DNA of 64,000 bases from Gemmatimonadota bacterium (lineage in GTDB: Bacteria > Gemmatimonadota > Gemmatimonadetes > Gemmatimonadales > Gemmatimonadaceae): contig VHBO01000001.1 in NCBI GenBank assembly GCA_016871895.1, positions 192,674-256,673 of the forward strand, in the 5' to 3' direction. Below the pieces are notes generated by a model. It saw only the letters and a list, made by a program, of their open reading frames with translations. It had not been told where the DNA came from and did not search any database. Below, in pieces: positions 1 to 10,176 of this stretch; position 1 is the stretch's first letter; each line of letters begins with the position of its first letter. Made by a program: the position numbers and the translations under genes.

Positions 1-1173
1 CTCCACCGGGGCGTCGTCCTCCTCCGGCTCGAGGGAACAGGTGGAGTAGATCAGGAGCCCGCCGGGCGCGACCGCCTCGGCGGCGCCCCGCAGGATGGCG
101 CGCTGTGTCGCCGACATCACCGCGAGATCGGAGGGCTTCAGGCGCCAGCGCGCGTCAGGGTGGCGACGGAAGGTCCCGGTCCCCGTGCAGGGCGCGTCGA
201 CGAGCACCGCGTCGAAGGTGCCGAGGGTCCCCGCCTCGCGCGCGTCGCAGACCACGGGGGTGACGTGGTCCAGATGGAGGCGCGCGATCGTCGCCTCGAG
301 CCGCCCGAGGCGCGCCTCGGAAGCATCGGCCGCGATCACCTCGCCCGCGGTGCGCGCGAGCTCCACCGCCTTGCCGCCAGGGGCCGCGCAGAGGTCGGCG
401 ACCCGCGCACCGGCGGGGATCGCCGCGTAGCGCGTCACGAGTGTCGCCGCGGGATCCTGCACGAGGCAACGCCCCTCACGGAAGGCGGTGAGCGCGGTGA
501 GCGCAGTGCCGCTGGGGAGCCGCACGCCGTCGTCGACGAGCGGCGCAGGCTCGGTCGTGACGCCCTCGGCGGCGCACATCGCCGCGAGCTCGGCCGCCGT
601 GCAATCCCAAGGGCGGAGATGGATCGGCGCCTCGGTGTTGTTCGCCTCGAGCAGCGCCTGCGTCGCCTCCGCCCCCCAGCGCGCCACCCACCGCGCGACG
701 AGCCAGCGCGGGTGCGAGTACGTCACCGCCAACGCCTCGACCGGGTCCGCGGGGAGCGGCGGCGCGGGATGGTCGCGTTCGCGATCGAGGCGGCGGAGGA
801 CCGCGTTCACGAGGCCGGCCGCGCCGGGCCCGTGCCGGCGCTTCGCGAGCTCGACGGTCTGCGCGATCGCGGCGTAGGCGGGGACGCTGTCCATCTGGAA
901 GAGCTGTGCCGCACCGAGGCGGAGGAGATCGGCCACGTCGGCGTCGATCCGTGCGAAGCCTCCCGTCACGCAGGGCGCGATCCGATGATCGAGGGCGCCG
1001 CGTCGACGCAGCATCGTCCAGACGAGCTCCTGCACCCAGCGGCGGTCGCGCGGCTCGAGCGCGGCGGTGCGGCGGTCGAAGGCGGCGTCGAGGAGCACAC
1101 CCGACCGAAGGTCGGCGAGCAGATCCGCGGCAGCGCGCCGGGCGTCGGTGATGGTGGCGACGGCGGGAGACAT
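1..1173 (-). CDS. rsmB: 16S rRNA m5C967 methyltransferase RsmB/Sun (partial, runs off the window start)
   Basis: Not in the ORF track. Hand translation from ATG 1173 gives MSPAVATITDARRAAADLL...ELVWTMLRR...LLRLGAAQLFQMDSVPAYAAIAQTVELAK...GLVNAVLRR (NusB-like domain), later DLCAAPGGKA and VLVDAPCTGTGTFRRHPDARW. Lies downstream of def-fmt. Confidence 0.93.
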   Translation of the reverse strand, partial: MSPAVATITDARRAAADLLADLRSGVLLDAAFDRRTAALEPRDRRWVQELVWTMLRRRGALDHRIAPCVTGGFARIDADVADLLRLGAAQLFQMDSVPAYAAIAQTVELAKRRHGPGAAGLVNAVLRRLDRERDHPAPPLPADPVEALAVTYSHPRWLVARWVARWGAEATQALLEANNTEAPIHLRPWDCTAAELAAMCAAEGVTTEPAPLVDDGVRLPSGTALTALTAFREGRCLVQDPAATLVTRYAAIPAGARVADLCAAPGGKAVELARTAGEVIAADASEARLGRLEATIARLHLDHVTPVVCDAREAGTLGTFDAVLVDAPCTGTGTFRRHPDARWRLKPSDLAVMSATQRAILRGAAEAVAPGGLLIYSTCSLEPEEDDAPVE

Positions 1174-1228
1174 CACGGGAAAGATACCCGGCCGGAGCGG
1201 CGTGCCCGGCCACCGCGTCGGTGCGGCG

Positions 1229-2170
1229 TCAGGCGTCCGGCAGCGCCCAACGATCCCCGACCGCGATGCCGCGGCCCTGTGCCCAATCAATGGTGCTGAG
1301 GCGCCGCCGACCCGCCGGGTGCACCGACTCGATCGCGACCGCCCCGCCACCGCAGGCGACGACCATCCCCATCTCCCCCACCTCGAGGACCTCGCCGGCG
1401 TCCCCTCGGCGGTCCAGGAGCGGGCGCGCCCCGAAGCAGCGCACCTCGGCGTCCCGCACGATGCCCCACGCCCCGGGCTTCGGGTCGTACGCCTGGATCG
1501 CGCGCGCCACCACGGCGGCGGGGCGTGTCCAATCGAGGCGCGCCGTGGTGCGGTCGATCTTCGGTGCGTAGGTGCTCGCGGCGTCGTCCTGCGGGGTCGC
1601 GGTGAGCTCGCCGAGCTCGAGGAGTGTGACCGCCTCGACGACCGCCTCCGCGCCGAGCTCCGAGAGGCGTTCGGTCAACTCACCCCCCGTCTCTCCCGGC
1701 GCGATCGGCGTCGTGAGGGTGAGCAGCATTGGGCCCGCGTCGAGGGCGCGGACCATCTGCATGATCGTCACCCCGGTCTCGGCGTCGCCGGCTAGGAGCG
1801 CGGCCTGGATCGGTGCCGCCCCACGCCACCGCGGGAGGAGTGAGGCGTGGATGTTCACCGTGCCGCGCGGCGGGAGGGCGATCACATCCTCGCGGAGGAG
1901 ATGCCCATACGCCACCACCACGGAGAGGTCGGGCGCGAGCGCGCGGAGCTGTTCGAGGAACTCGTCGCCGCGTGGACGGTCGGGCTGGAGAATGGGGATC
2001 CCCTCCTCGAGTGCCACCTGCTTCACGGGGGAGGGAACGAGCGTCGAGCGCGAGCGGCCCTGCGGGCGGTCAGGCTGCGTGACGACGCCGACGACCTCGT
2101 GTCCCTCACCGATGAGCGCGCGCAACGGCGGCGTCGCGAACTCCGGGGTCCCCCAGAAGAGGATGCGCAC
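1229..2170 (-). CDS. fmt: Methionyl-tRNA formyltransferase
   Basis: MRILFWGTPEFA, VVTQPDRPQGR, NIHASLLPRWRGAAPIQ; follows def. Confidence 0.97.
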   Translation of the reverse strand: MRILFWGTPEFATPPLRALIGEGHEVVGVVTQPDRPQGRSRSTLVPSPVKQVALEEGIPILQPDRPRGDEFLEQLRALAPDLSVVVAYGHLLREDVIALPPRGTVNIHASLLPRWRGAAPIQAALLAGDAETGVTIMQMVRALDAGPMLLTLTTPIAPGETGGELTERLSELGAEAVVEAVTLLELGELTATPQDDAASTYAPKIDRTTARLDWTRPAAVVARAIQAYDPKPGAWGIVRDAEVRCFGARPLLDRRGDAGEVLEVGEMGMVVACGGGAVAIESVHPAGRRRLSTIDWAQGRGIAVGDRWALPDA

Positions 2171-2740
2171 TCAGATCCGCTGTTCGGTGGCGTGCTCGGT
2201 GGTCGGCTCCGGCTCCGTCCCACCGGGGCCGAAGATGCGCACGAGATTCGGATAGCGCCCCTTCTCCTTCTCCCAGGTCGCAAGCACGCTCCGGCGCTTG
2301 AGGAAGCTCAGATGGTCGATGAAGAGCTTCCCGTGGAGATGGTCGATCTCGTGCTGGAGGCAGACGCCGAGCAGCCCGTCGGCGGTGATCTCGATCGGCG
2401 CGCCGTGTTCGTTTATCGCGCGGACCGTCACCTGCGCCGAGCGGTCGACGGTGCCGAAGGTGTTGGGGATGGAGAGACACCCCTCCTCCCACTTGATCCG
2501 CCCGTCGCGGGCGACGATCTCGGGGTTGAAGAGCGTCAGCAGCGTCTCCTCGACCTCGACCACGCAGAGTCGCTCGCGCCGTCCCACTTGCGGGGCGGCG
2601 AGCCCGACACCATCGGCCACGTGCATCGTCTCGAGCATATCCGCGGCGAGCTGCCGCAACTCGTCCGTCACGACCTCGACGGGCACCGTCTCCTCGCGGA
2701 GGATCGGGGCGCCGAGGACCGTGATCGGGAGGACGGCCAT
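2171..2740 (-). CDS. def: Peptide deformylase
   Basis: GVGLAAPQVG, EGCLSIP, QHEIDHLHG motifs. Confidence 0.97.
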   Translation of the reverse strand: MAVLPITVLGAPILREETVPVEVVTDELRQLAADMLETMHVADGVGLAAPQVGRRERLCVVEVEETLLTLFNPEIVARDGRIKWEEGCLSIPNTFGTVDRSAQVTVRAINEHGAPIEITADGLLGVCLQHEIDHLHGKLFIDHLSFLKRRSVLATWEKEKGRYPNLVRIFGPGGTEPEPTTEHATEQRI

Positions 2741-3087
2741 TACGCCGCGACCTCGGCGCTCCCGCCGACGGAGACGATGCGTCCGCGCGTGACGATCAGG
2801 CGCGACTCGCCGCTCTTGATGGTGACGTGGTCACCCAGACCCGCCGTGGTGCCCGCCGCGATGTGGACTACCTCGCCGACGATCCCGCCGGCGGTCACGA
2901 TCTGGTCCCCCTTCTTGATGCCCAGCACACGGGCCTCGTGCGCCTTCCGCTCCTTCGACTGTGGGCGAATGACGAGGAAGTAGAAGATCGCGAAGATCGA
3001 ACCGAACATGAACAGCGTGCCGGCGGCGGAACCGCCGGGGGCGGGCTGCGCGGCGGCGGTCTGAGCGAGGATCGGGAGGAGGGTCAT
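2740..3087 (-). CDS. yajC: Preprotein translocase subunit YajC
   Basis: IFYFLVIRPQ...KGDQIVTAGGIVGEV. Confidence 0.95.
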   Translation of the reverse strand: MTLLPILAQTAAAQPAPGGSAAGTLFMFGSIFAIFYFLVIRPQSKERKAHEARVLGIKKGDQIVTAGGIVGEVVHIAAGTTAGLGDHVTIKSGESRLIVTRGRIVSVGGSAEVAA

Positions 3088-3130
3088 GGTCTCGGAGGTG
3101 GAGGGACGTCGGGAAATCTAGCGGCGCCGC

Positions 3131-4198
3131 TCAGGCGATCAGCATCGCGTCGCCATAGGAGTAGAACCGGTACCCCTCGCGCACGGCGACGTCGTAGGCG
3201 TGGCGCATCAGGTCATACCCCGCCATCGCGGCGACGAGCATCAGCAGGGTCGATCGGGGGAGATGGAAGTTCGTCACCACGAGGTCGGCGCCAGTCGGGC
3301 GGTGCGGTGGCCGGATGAACACGTCGGTCTCCCCGCTCCCCGCCTGGAAGCGCCCCGCCGCGTGGATGGTCTCGAGCGTGCGCAACGCGGTGGTCCCGAC
3401 CGCGCAGATCCGTCCCCCCGCGGCGCGGGTCGCGCCAAGGCGCGCCGCCATCTCGGGCCGGACCTCGTACCACTCCCGGTGCATCCGGTGGGCGGCCGGG
3501 TCATCGACCTCGACCGGTTTGAACGTCCCCGCCCCGACGTGCAGGAGCACCTCGGCGCGCGTCACGCCCTGCGCCTCCAGGGTGGTGAGGAGCTCGGGGG
3601 TGAAATGCAGGCCCGCGGTCGGGGCGGCCACCGAGCCCTCCTCGCGCGCATACACCGTCTGGTACCGCTCCACGTCCGCGGCACCGTCGGCGCGGGCAAT
3701 GTACGGTGGGAGCGGGATGTGCCCGTGCATCGCGATCATCGCGGCGGGGTCGTCGGCGAGGAGCCGCACGACGCGCGTCCCCTCGGCAGTCGGTTCCTCG
3801 ACGTCGACCGCAAACCCGTCTGCGATCGTGACCCGGCGCCCCGGTTTGAGCTTGGCGCCGGGCTGCACCATCGCCTCCCACCGGCCATCGGCGAGGGGGC
3901 GGAGGAGGAGGATCTCCGCCGGGGCGCCCGAGGCCCGCGTTCCGAGCAGCCGGGCGCGGAAGACCCGCGTGGTGTTCACCACGAGCGCGTCCCCGGCGCG
4001 CAGGAAGCGCGGGAGGTCGCGGAAGGTGTGGTGCGTGACCGTGCCGGCGGCGCGGTCGACGACCATCAGGCGGCTCTCGTCGCGCCGTTCGGTCGGATGC
4101 TGCGCGATCCGGTCGGGCGGGAGATGGAAGTCGTAATCCGCGGTGCGGAGGCCGAGGACCGGCGGCTCCGTGGCGCGGCGATCGTCGCCGTCGCCCAT
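3131..4198 (-). CDS. queA: S-adenosylmethionine:tRNA ribosyltransferase-isomerase
   Basis: DYDFHLPPDRIAQHP, GSVAAPTAGLHFT, TNFHLPRSTL, YRFYSYGDAMLI. Confidence 0.97.
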   Translation of the reverse strand: MGDGDDRRATEPPVLGLRTADYDFHLPPDRIAQHPTERRDESRLMVVDRAAGTVTHHTFRDLPRFLRAGDALVVNTTRVFRARLLGTRASGAPAEILLLRPLADGRWEAMVQPGAKLKPGRRVTIADGFAVDVEEPTAEGTRVVRLLADDPAAMIAMHGHIPLPPYIARADGAADVERYQTVYAREEGSVAAPTAGLHFTPELLTTLEAQGVTRAEVLLHVGAGTFKPVEVDDPAAHRMHREWYEVRPEMAARLGATRAAGGRICAVGTTALRTLETIHAAGRFQAGSGETDVFIRPPHRPTGADLVVTNFHLPRSTLLMLVAAMAGYDLMRHAYDVAVREGYRFYSYGDAMLIA

Positions 4199-4200
4199 CG

Positions 4201-5232
4201 TCAGAACAGGTCGGCCTGCGGGGCGGGCGGCGTCGCCGGGGGCGGATAGCCGAGGTGGCGGTACGCCTGCGCGGTGGCAACGCGGCCGCGCGGGGTGCGC
4301 TGCAGGAAGCCGTGCTGCACGAGGAAGGGCTCGTACACCTCTTCGAGGGTATCGGGCTCCTCACCGACGGCAGCGGCGATCGTCGTCACCCCGACGGGCC
4401 CGCCGTCGAACTTCTCGATGATCGCGCGGAGCACGCGCGTATCCATCTCGTCGAGCCCGAACTCATCGACGTCGAGCATCGCGAGGGCATCGCGCGCGAC
4501 ATCGCGGGAGATGTGTCCGCCCGCCCGCACCTGCGCGAAGTCTCGGACACGCCGGAGCAGCCGGTTCGCCACGCGCGGGGTCCCACGCGCGCGCCGCGCA
4601 ATCTCGTGCGCGCCCGCCGCGTCGATCCCCGCGCCGAGCACGGCGGCGGTGCGATGCACGATCTCCTCGACCTCCGCCGGCGGGTAGTAGTTCAGCCGCA
4701 GCTCGATCCCGAAGCGCGCGCGGAGCGGCGCGGTGAGCATCCCGAGCCGCGTGGTGGCGCCGAGGAGCGTGAAGCGCTCGATCGGCATCGTGATCGTCTG
4801 CGCCTTCGGGCCCTCGGAGAGGCGGATGTCGATGCGCGCATCCTCCATCGCGGGATAGAGGAACTCGTCAATCACCGGCCGCAGGCGATGGATCTCGTCG
4901 ATGAAGAGGATGTCGCCGGCGCGCAGGTTGGTCAGCGTCCCGACGAGGTCCCCGGGCTTCTCGAGCGCAGGCCCCGAGGTGGTGTGGAGGTTCACCCCGA
5001 GCTCGCGGGCGATCAGCTCGGCGAGCGTCGTCTTCCCGAGGCCCGGCGGGCCGAAGAGGAGCGCGTGGTCGAGGGGCTCATTCCGCGCGAGCGCCGCGTC
5101 AAGGTAGATGCGGAGCGCTTCCTTCACCTTTCCCTGCCCGATGAACTCCGCGAGCCGCTGCGGGCGCAACGAGAGCTCCACCACCGACTCGTCGGCGAGG
5201 GACTCCGGGGTGGTGATCTCAGGGCGGCTCAT
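4201..5232 (-). CDS. ruvB: Holliday junction branch migration helicase RuvB
   Basis: [47 protein letters not shown]. Confidence 0.98.
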   Translation of the reverse strand: MSRPEITTPESLADESVVELSLRPQRLAEFIGQGKVKEALRIYLDAALARNEPLDHALLFGPPGLGKTTLAELIARELGVNLHTTSGPALEKPGDLVGTLTNLRAGDILFIDEIHRLRPVIDEFLYPAMEDARIDIRLSEGPKAQTITMPIERFTLLGATTRLGMLTAPLRARFGIELRLNYYPPAEVEEIVHRTAAVLGAGIDAAGAHEIARRARGTPRVANRLLRRVRDFAQVRAGGHISRDVARDALAMLDVDEFGLDEMDTRVLRAIIEKFDGGPVGVTTIAAAVGEEPDTLEEVYEPFLVQHGFLQRTPRGRVATAQAYRHLGYPPPATPPAPQADLF

Positions 5233-5242
5233 CGGAGAGAAT

Positions 5243-5848
5243 CTAGCCGAGGGCGGCGAGCGACCGGCGGATCAGGTCGGCGGTCGATTCACCCGCCGGC
5301 GCGCCTTCGAGGGCACGCCGGACCGCGCGCTCCGCATCGGACGCGCCATAGCCGAGCGCGACGAGCGCGCGGACCGCGTCGGCGCCCGGACCGCCGCCGC
5401 TCGCGCTCCCCGCGCCGGAGACCGGACCGGCGGGGAGGTCGCCGCCCTCGAGCTTGTCGCGCAGCTCGAGCACGAGGCGCTCCGCCAGCTTCTTTCCCAC
5501 CCGCGGTACCTGCGTCAGGGTCGCGAGGTCCCCCTCACGCACCGCGCGCACCAGACGCTCCGCCGTCAACGTCGAGAGGAGGTTCATCGCGAGCGCCGGG
5601 CCCACGCCCGTCGTCCCCATCAGGCGCTGGAAGAGCCGACGCTCCTCGGCCGTCGCGAAGCCGTAGAGCAACCACGCGTCGTCGCGCACGACGAGCGCGG
5701 TGTGTAGCGCGATCTCCCCGCCGGGGCGCGGCAGCCGCTCGAGGACGGCGAGCGGAACGAGGATCTCGTAGGCGATCCCGCCGGCGGTGAGCACCTCGAT
5801 GCGGTCGATCGCGTGCGCGACAAGGGTGCCGTGGACGCGGGCGATCAT
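5243..5848 (-). CDS. ruvA: Holliday junction DNA-binding protein RuvA
   Basis: [45 protein letters not shown]. Confidence 0.96.
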   Translation of the reverse strand: MIARVHGTLVAHAIDRIEVLTAGGIAYEILVPLAVLERLPRPGGEIALHTALVVRDDAWLLYGFATAEERRLFQRLMGTTGVGPALAMNLLSTLTAERLVRAVREGDLATLTQVPRVGKKLAERLVLELRDKLEGGDLPAGPVSGAGSASGGGPGADAVRALVALGYGASDAERAVRRALEGAPAGESTADLIRRSLAALG

Positions 5849-6342
5849 CGGCGGCTCCCGGTCAGCGCGCGGGCCAATGGCTGCCGAAGCGCACAGGTGA
5901 GTGCCGCGGCGACGCCGTCGGCGGCGTCCGCCGGCTGCGGCGGGGACTTCAGACGGAGGAGCTGCGAGACCATGTATTGCACCTGGGTCTTGGTGGCGGC
6001 GCCGGTGCCGGTGATTGCCTTCTTGATGTCGGCGGGCGGGTACTCGTGGATCGGGAGCCCCGCCTCCGCGCCCGCGAGGAGGATGACACCGCGGGCGTGG
6101 CCGAGCACGATGGTGGTGCGGACGTTCCGGGCGTAGAAGATCGCTTCGACGGCCATCGCGTCAGGGCGGTGGCGCGCCAGCAGCTCGCGGATGCCTTCGG
6201 CGATATCGCGGAGCCGGTCCGGCAGCGGCTGGGTGGGGGCCGTGCGGATCACGCCGCACTCGATCAGCGTGGGGCGCGGGTCGGCGCGCACGACGCCGAA
6301 CCCGGTGACCGCGGTGCCGGGGTCGATGCCGAGGATCAGCAC
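5845..6342 (-). CDS. ruvC: Crossover junction endodeoxyribonuclease RuvC
   Basis: ILGIDPG, MAVEAIF, LGHARGV, ATKTQVQYMV, DAADGVAAAL. Confidence 0.96.
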   Translation of the reverse strand: MLILGIDPGTAVTGFGVVRADPRPTLIECGVIRTAPTQPLPDRLRDIAEGIRELLARHRPDAMAVEAIFYARNVRTTIVLGHARGVILLAGAEAGLPIHEYPPADIKKAITGTGAATKTQVQYMVSQLLRLKSPPQPADAADGVAAALTCALRQPLARALTGSRR

Positions 6343-6364
6343 GGTCGGCCCCGAGGCACCGCGC

Positions 6365-7108
6365 TCACCCCGCCGACATCTCCGACATGTCCATATCGAA
6401 GTTCGCGTCGACCTTCTGCACGTCGTCGAGGTCCTCGATCGCCTCGAGGAGCTTGAGCAGCTGCTCCGCGGTCGTGCCTTCGACGCGCACCGTGCTCCTC
6501 GGGATCCAGGCCAGCGCCGCCTCGCTCGCGACGAGCCCCGCGGCCTCGAGCGCCCGGGAGACCGCGTGCAGGTCCGCCGGCGCCGTGGTGATCACGAAAT
6601 GCTCATCCTCGCGCGCGAAGTCCTCGGCGCCCGCCTCGAGGATCGGCTCCATCACCGCATCCTCGTCACGTCCGTTCGCGGGCACCGTGATCTGGCCCTT
6701 CCGGTCGAACATGAACGCGACCGAGTTCGAAGTGCCGAGGTTGCCGCCGCCACGCGAGAGCTTCGCGCGGACCTCGGCGACGGTGCGGGTCGGGTTGTCG
6801 GAGAGCGCCTGGATCATCAGGGCGACGCCGCCGGGCCCATAGGCCTCGTACAGCACCTCGGTGTAGTCGACTCCTTCGAGCTCACCGGTGCCCTTCTTGA
6901 TCGCGCGCTCGATGTTCTCCTTGGGGCAGGACTGTGCCTTGGCGTTGTCGATCGCCGTGCGCAGGCGCGGGTTGCCGTCAGGGTCGCCACCGCCCGCCTT
7001 GGCGGCGACGGTGATCTCCCGCAGGAGTTTCGTGAAGATGGCGCCGCGCTTGGCGTCGGCCGCCGCCTTGTAGTGCTTGATCTGCTTCCACTTACTATGA
7101 CCGGCCAT
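6365..7108 (-). CDS. yebC: YebC/PmpR family DNA-binding regulator
   Basis: Start reassigned to MAGHSKWKQIK (ATG 7108); NPRLR, YEAYGPGGVA; usual position upstream of ruvC. Confidence 0.95.
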   Translation of the reverse strand: MAGHSKWKQIKHYKAAADAKRGAIFTKLLREITVAAKAGGGDPDGNPRLRTAIDNAKAQSCPKENIERAIKKGTGELEGVDYTEVLYEAYGPGGVALMIQALSDNPTRTVAEVRAKLSRGGGNLGTSNSVAFMFDRKGQITVPANGRDEDAVMEPILEAGAEDFAREDEHFVITTAPADLHAVSRALEAAGLVASEAALAWIPRSTVRVEGTTAEQLLKLLEAIEDLDDVQKVDANFDMDMSEMSAG

Positions 7109-7151
7109 CGGACATCCGTCAGGGAGGGCGGGGCGAGGCGGCGCCTCAGTT

Positions 7152-8252
7152 TCAGCGGACCGTGAGGCTGCCGCGGAAGCCGGAGAGGCGGGTCTCACTC
7201 CCGTCGGTGAGGTCGAACAGGGTCCCGGTGCTGAGGCCCACCGAAGGATATACGCCCAGGGACCCGATTCCGACCCGGGCTCGCAGTCCGACGTTGAACA
7301 GATTGCCGGCGCGGTTGCCGTCGACGCTCCAGAGCCGCGTCTCGACGGTGGGCTGCAGCAGGATGCCGGCCCACTCCACGCTGACCCCCGTCGAGAGGTT
7401 CAGCACGTTCTCCGGTGGCGCGACCCCTCCGACCTGCTCTCCCTCGAGTCGGATCAGGTTCCACGCGGAGATGAATGCGTTGACGCCGGCCACGGGCATG
7501 GAGGCCGACGCGGATGCCGTGAGGCGATTGCCGGTCGACACGGCGGTTGTGTCCGCGATGTCGTCGCCGAACGATGAGAAGTCGAGGCCCAGTGCGATTT
7601 GTCCGTCTCCGAGGGGACGGTCGACGCCGAGGCGCAGGCGCAGCTCATCCGCGGGCGTGAAGCGATATGCCGCCTGCTCGACGGCGAACGCCGAGAAGGC
7701 GGTGGAGCGTCGGACGCTACTCCCGAGACCGAGGTTCCATGCGCCGAGTGGCCGCGCGTACGCGAGGCCGCCGGTCATCGATAGGCCGTTGCCCATCGAG
7801 GACACCGCGTAGTTGAGGAAGTCGTTGCCGATCTGGCCGGCGGCTTCTTGTTGTCCCGCCTCGATCAGGTACTGACCGGTGGGCAGGTTGAGCCCGAAGG
7901 TCGCGAGCAGGTTTTCCCGCAGGGTGAGGTTCCCACGGACCTGCGTGTCGGTGGGGCCTGAGATGCGGCTGGTGGTGAGACCTGCCACGGCCACCCCCGA
8001 TGTCGCGAAGGCCGTCGAGACATCCATGCCGAACCGCTCGGAGATTGGCAGCACCAGGACGATGGGTATCGTCGTTTGGGTGATGCTTCGCTGCGTCGTC
8101 CCGTCCCCGATCCGGTACGCGGTGACCGTCGGCGCGCCGATCAGCGCGTTCCGCGCATCTTGGGCATTCATCCAGCTGGCCGGGAGCAACAATCCGGCCA
8201 GGAGCAGGCTGGCACGGCTTGCCGTCCGACCCCACAACGATGATGGGATCAT
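7152..8252 (-). CDS. Hypothetical exported protein, probable outer-membrane beta-barrel
   Basis: Signal-peptide-like N-terminus; alternating amphipathic strands (GLAYARP, WNLGLGSS, LRLRLGVD); ATGA overlap with the upstream gene. Confidence 0.6.
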   Translation of the reverse strand: MIPSSLWGRTASRASLLLAGLLLPASWMNAQDARNALIGAPTVTAYRIGDGTTQRSITQTTIPIVLVLPISERFGMDVSTAFATSGVAVAGLTTSRISGPTDTQVRGNLTLRENLLATFGLNLPTGQYLIEAGQQEAAGQIGNDFLNYAVSSMGNGLSMTGGLAYARPLGAWNLGLGSSVRRSTAFSAFAVEQAAYRFTPADELRLRLGVDRPLGDGQIALGLDFSSFGDDIADTTAVSTGNRLTASASASMPVAGVNAFISAWNLIRLEGEQVGGVAPPENVLNLSTGVSVEWAGILLQPTVETRLWSVDGNRAGNLFNVGLRARVGIGSLGVYPSVGLSTGTLFDLTDGSETRLSGFRGSLTVR

Positions 8253-9616
8253 GGGCGGCGGATGATGATGGTCACGGTCCCCGACCGGACCGGTGTGTCG
8301 ACAGCGGTCGTGCTCGTCGAGGCATCTCGTTGTGGGGGCGGGGCGGCCGGGGGTGGGCCGCTCGCGCTGGTGGTCTGGACGGAGACGGCCGGAGGATTCA
8401 GGGACTGCGACGCGTTCGCGAGCGTGGAGGCGACGCCCCCGCCCCCCCCACCGGCTGCCGCGCCCCCGGTGCTACCCGTCACCGCCGCCTGTACCGTCGC
8501 GGCCTCCGGGGTTCCCTGCAGACTGGCCTCGATCGTCGCTGCTGCCACCTCAACCCCGGCGGTGCCCACCTGCGCCGCGGCGGTCGTGGCCTGCGCCTTC
8601 GTGGCGGCGAGCCCGAACGAGGGGTCCAGCGATCGTGCATCGTCGAAGAACCGTGCCGCGTCCTCGAATCGGCCGTCGTCCGTCGCCTGCAGGCCACGGC
8701 TGTAGGCAAGGAACGCGTTGAGGTTCGTCGTGGGGCGCCGCTCGACGAGTTGCCGCTCCGCCGGCGTGAGTGTCACCCCGAGTCGATCGAACAGCACGAA
8801 GGCGAGCTGCTTCTCCATCGCGAAGAGCGCATCGAGGGAGTTCGTGACGGTCGCGGGGTCGCCGAAACTTCCGTCCGCCACCCGGACGAGTCGCGCGTCG
8901 AGCGTCAGCCCCGAGGTCCCCTGCTGCAGGATCACGCCGTTCACCAGGGTCCCGGCCTGAATCAACCGCCCGGCGCGCACGGCGCTTCCCGAGTCGATGG
9001 CGCCCGAGGCACCGAGCTGGATCTCGTCGGCGAGTGCCTGCATCCGGTCGCGCTCGACGACGGTGAGTTTCGCGGAACGGCTCAGGTCGGTGATCAGGAG
9101 TTCCGCCAAGCCGCGCTCCAGTGGCCTGAGTAGCGTGTCGGCGCCACGGAACACGAGAGGGGGTACAGCCACCGTGAGCGGAGAGCCCGGAGTGCCCGTG
9201 AGTCGCGCCTCATCCGCCAGGGCGGCCTTGGCGTTGGCGACCGCCTCCTCTCGGACGAGGGCGACGAGTCGCGCGCGGATTTGATCCTTGGTGCGCCGAC
9301 TCACGCCGAACTGCAGGTAGGCCTCGTACGCCCGGCGTGCCGCACCGAGATCCTGCAGTGCCTCCGCCGTCAGGCCCGCGTAGAGCGAGGAGAGTCCGTC
9401 CTTCGGGTCGAGGGTCCGAGCCGATTCGAGGACTGGCAGGGCCTCGCGGAACCGCTGTGCCTTGTAGTAAGCGATGCCGAGCGCCCGGAGTGCTGGCACG
9501 CTGCGCGGGCTTCGCGCCCGCGCAGACTCCAGACGGGCAATCGGATCACCCCGCTGGGCTGCCCCGGGGCCGGCGGTCAGCAGGAGGAGCAACAGGGCAC
9601 GAGCGACGAGGCGCAT
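8249..9616 (-). CDS. Exported TPR + CsgG/TolB_N-like domain protein with Ala/Thr/Pro-rich tail
   Basis: Start reassigned to MRLVARALLLLLL (9616); TPR helices (ALGIAYYKAQRFREALPVL); CsgG-like LITDLSRSAKLTVVERDRM...AGRLIQAGTLVNG. Confidence 0.75.
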   Translation of the reverse strand: MRLVARALLLLLLTAGPGAAQRGDPIARLESARARSPRSVPALRALGIAYYKAQRFREALPVLESARTLDPKDGLSSLYAGLTAEALQDLGAARRAYEAYLQFGVSRRTKDQIRARLVALVREEAVANAKAALADEARLTGTPGSPLTVAVPPLVFRGADTLLRPLERGLAELLITDLSRSAKLTVVERDRMQALADEIQLGASGAIDSGSAVRAGRLIQAGTLVNGVILQQGTSGLTLDARLVRVADGSFGDPATVTNSLDALFAMEKQLAFVLFDRLGVTLTPAERQLVERRPTTNLNAFLAYSRGLQATDDGRFEDAARFFDDARSLDPSFGLAATKAQATTAAAQVGTAGVEVAAATIEASLQGTPEAATVQAAVTGSTGGAAAGGGGGGVASTLANASQSLNPPAVSVQTTSASGPPPAAPPPQRDASTSTTAVDTPVRSGTVTIIIRRP

Positions 9617-9686
9617 GAGCGACTCCGAGGGGGCAGGGCGGATAAACGTCAAAGGTACGGATTCGCGTCGGCCGGCGGCAAGCGAA

Positions 9687-10097
9687 TCAGCCGCGCCGGA
9701 GTCGGGCGACCAGGCCGGCCACCTCCAGTCGTGCCGCCCGTGGGTACCCGATCCCGAGCGCGACGCCGATGGCTTCGCTGAGGGCTTCCAGAGCAACCGC
9801 GGCTGACGGTGTCGCCGTTCCTTCGCTCGCGGCCACGGCGCGGAGGATCGCGGTTCGGATCGATGGGTCGAGCGTGACGGCGGGCAGCCAAGCACGAATC
9901 GCGTCCGCCCGCCGCGCCCTCGTCTCCGGGGAGAGCGCGCTCGGGTCGATGCAGGCCGAGAGGAGCCGAACGGCCATCACGCCCGCCATCAGCGCCTCCC
10001 GTCCCCCGCCGTGGGGCGCCTCCGCGGCGGCGCGCAACAGCGCCGGGGCCGGGAAGCGGGGGCGGGAGAGCGCGAACGCGGGAACCGGAGCCTTCAT
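9687..10097 (-). CDS. Hypothetical Ala-rich protein
   Basis: Fills the gap between divergent genes; CACTTT box 6 nt before the ATG; no recognisable family. Confidence 0.5.
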   Translation of the reverse strand: MKAPVPAFALSRPRFPAPALLRAAAEAPHGGGREALMAGVMAVRLLSACIDPSALSPETRARRADAIRAWLPAVTLDPSIRTAILRAVAASEGTATPSAAVALEALSEAIGVALGIGYPRAARLEVAGLVARLRRG

Positions 10098-10176
10098 CCC
10101 GAGAAAGTGGTGCGCGGCTCCGCACCGGGGGAAGAGGGTGATGGATGGCCCTGACGGGCGGGGCTATCTTCCGCCG

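Noticed and set aside
8249-9616. Curli secretion system
   Set aside because: Only a CsgG-like domain; no csgA/B/E/F-like genes and no lipobox
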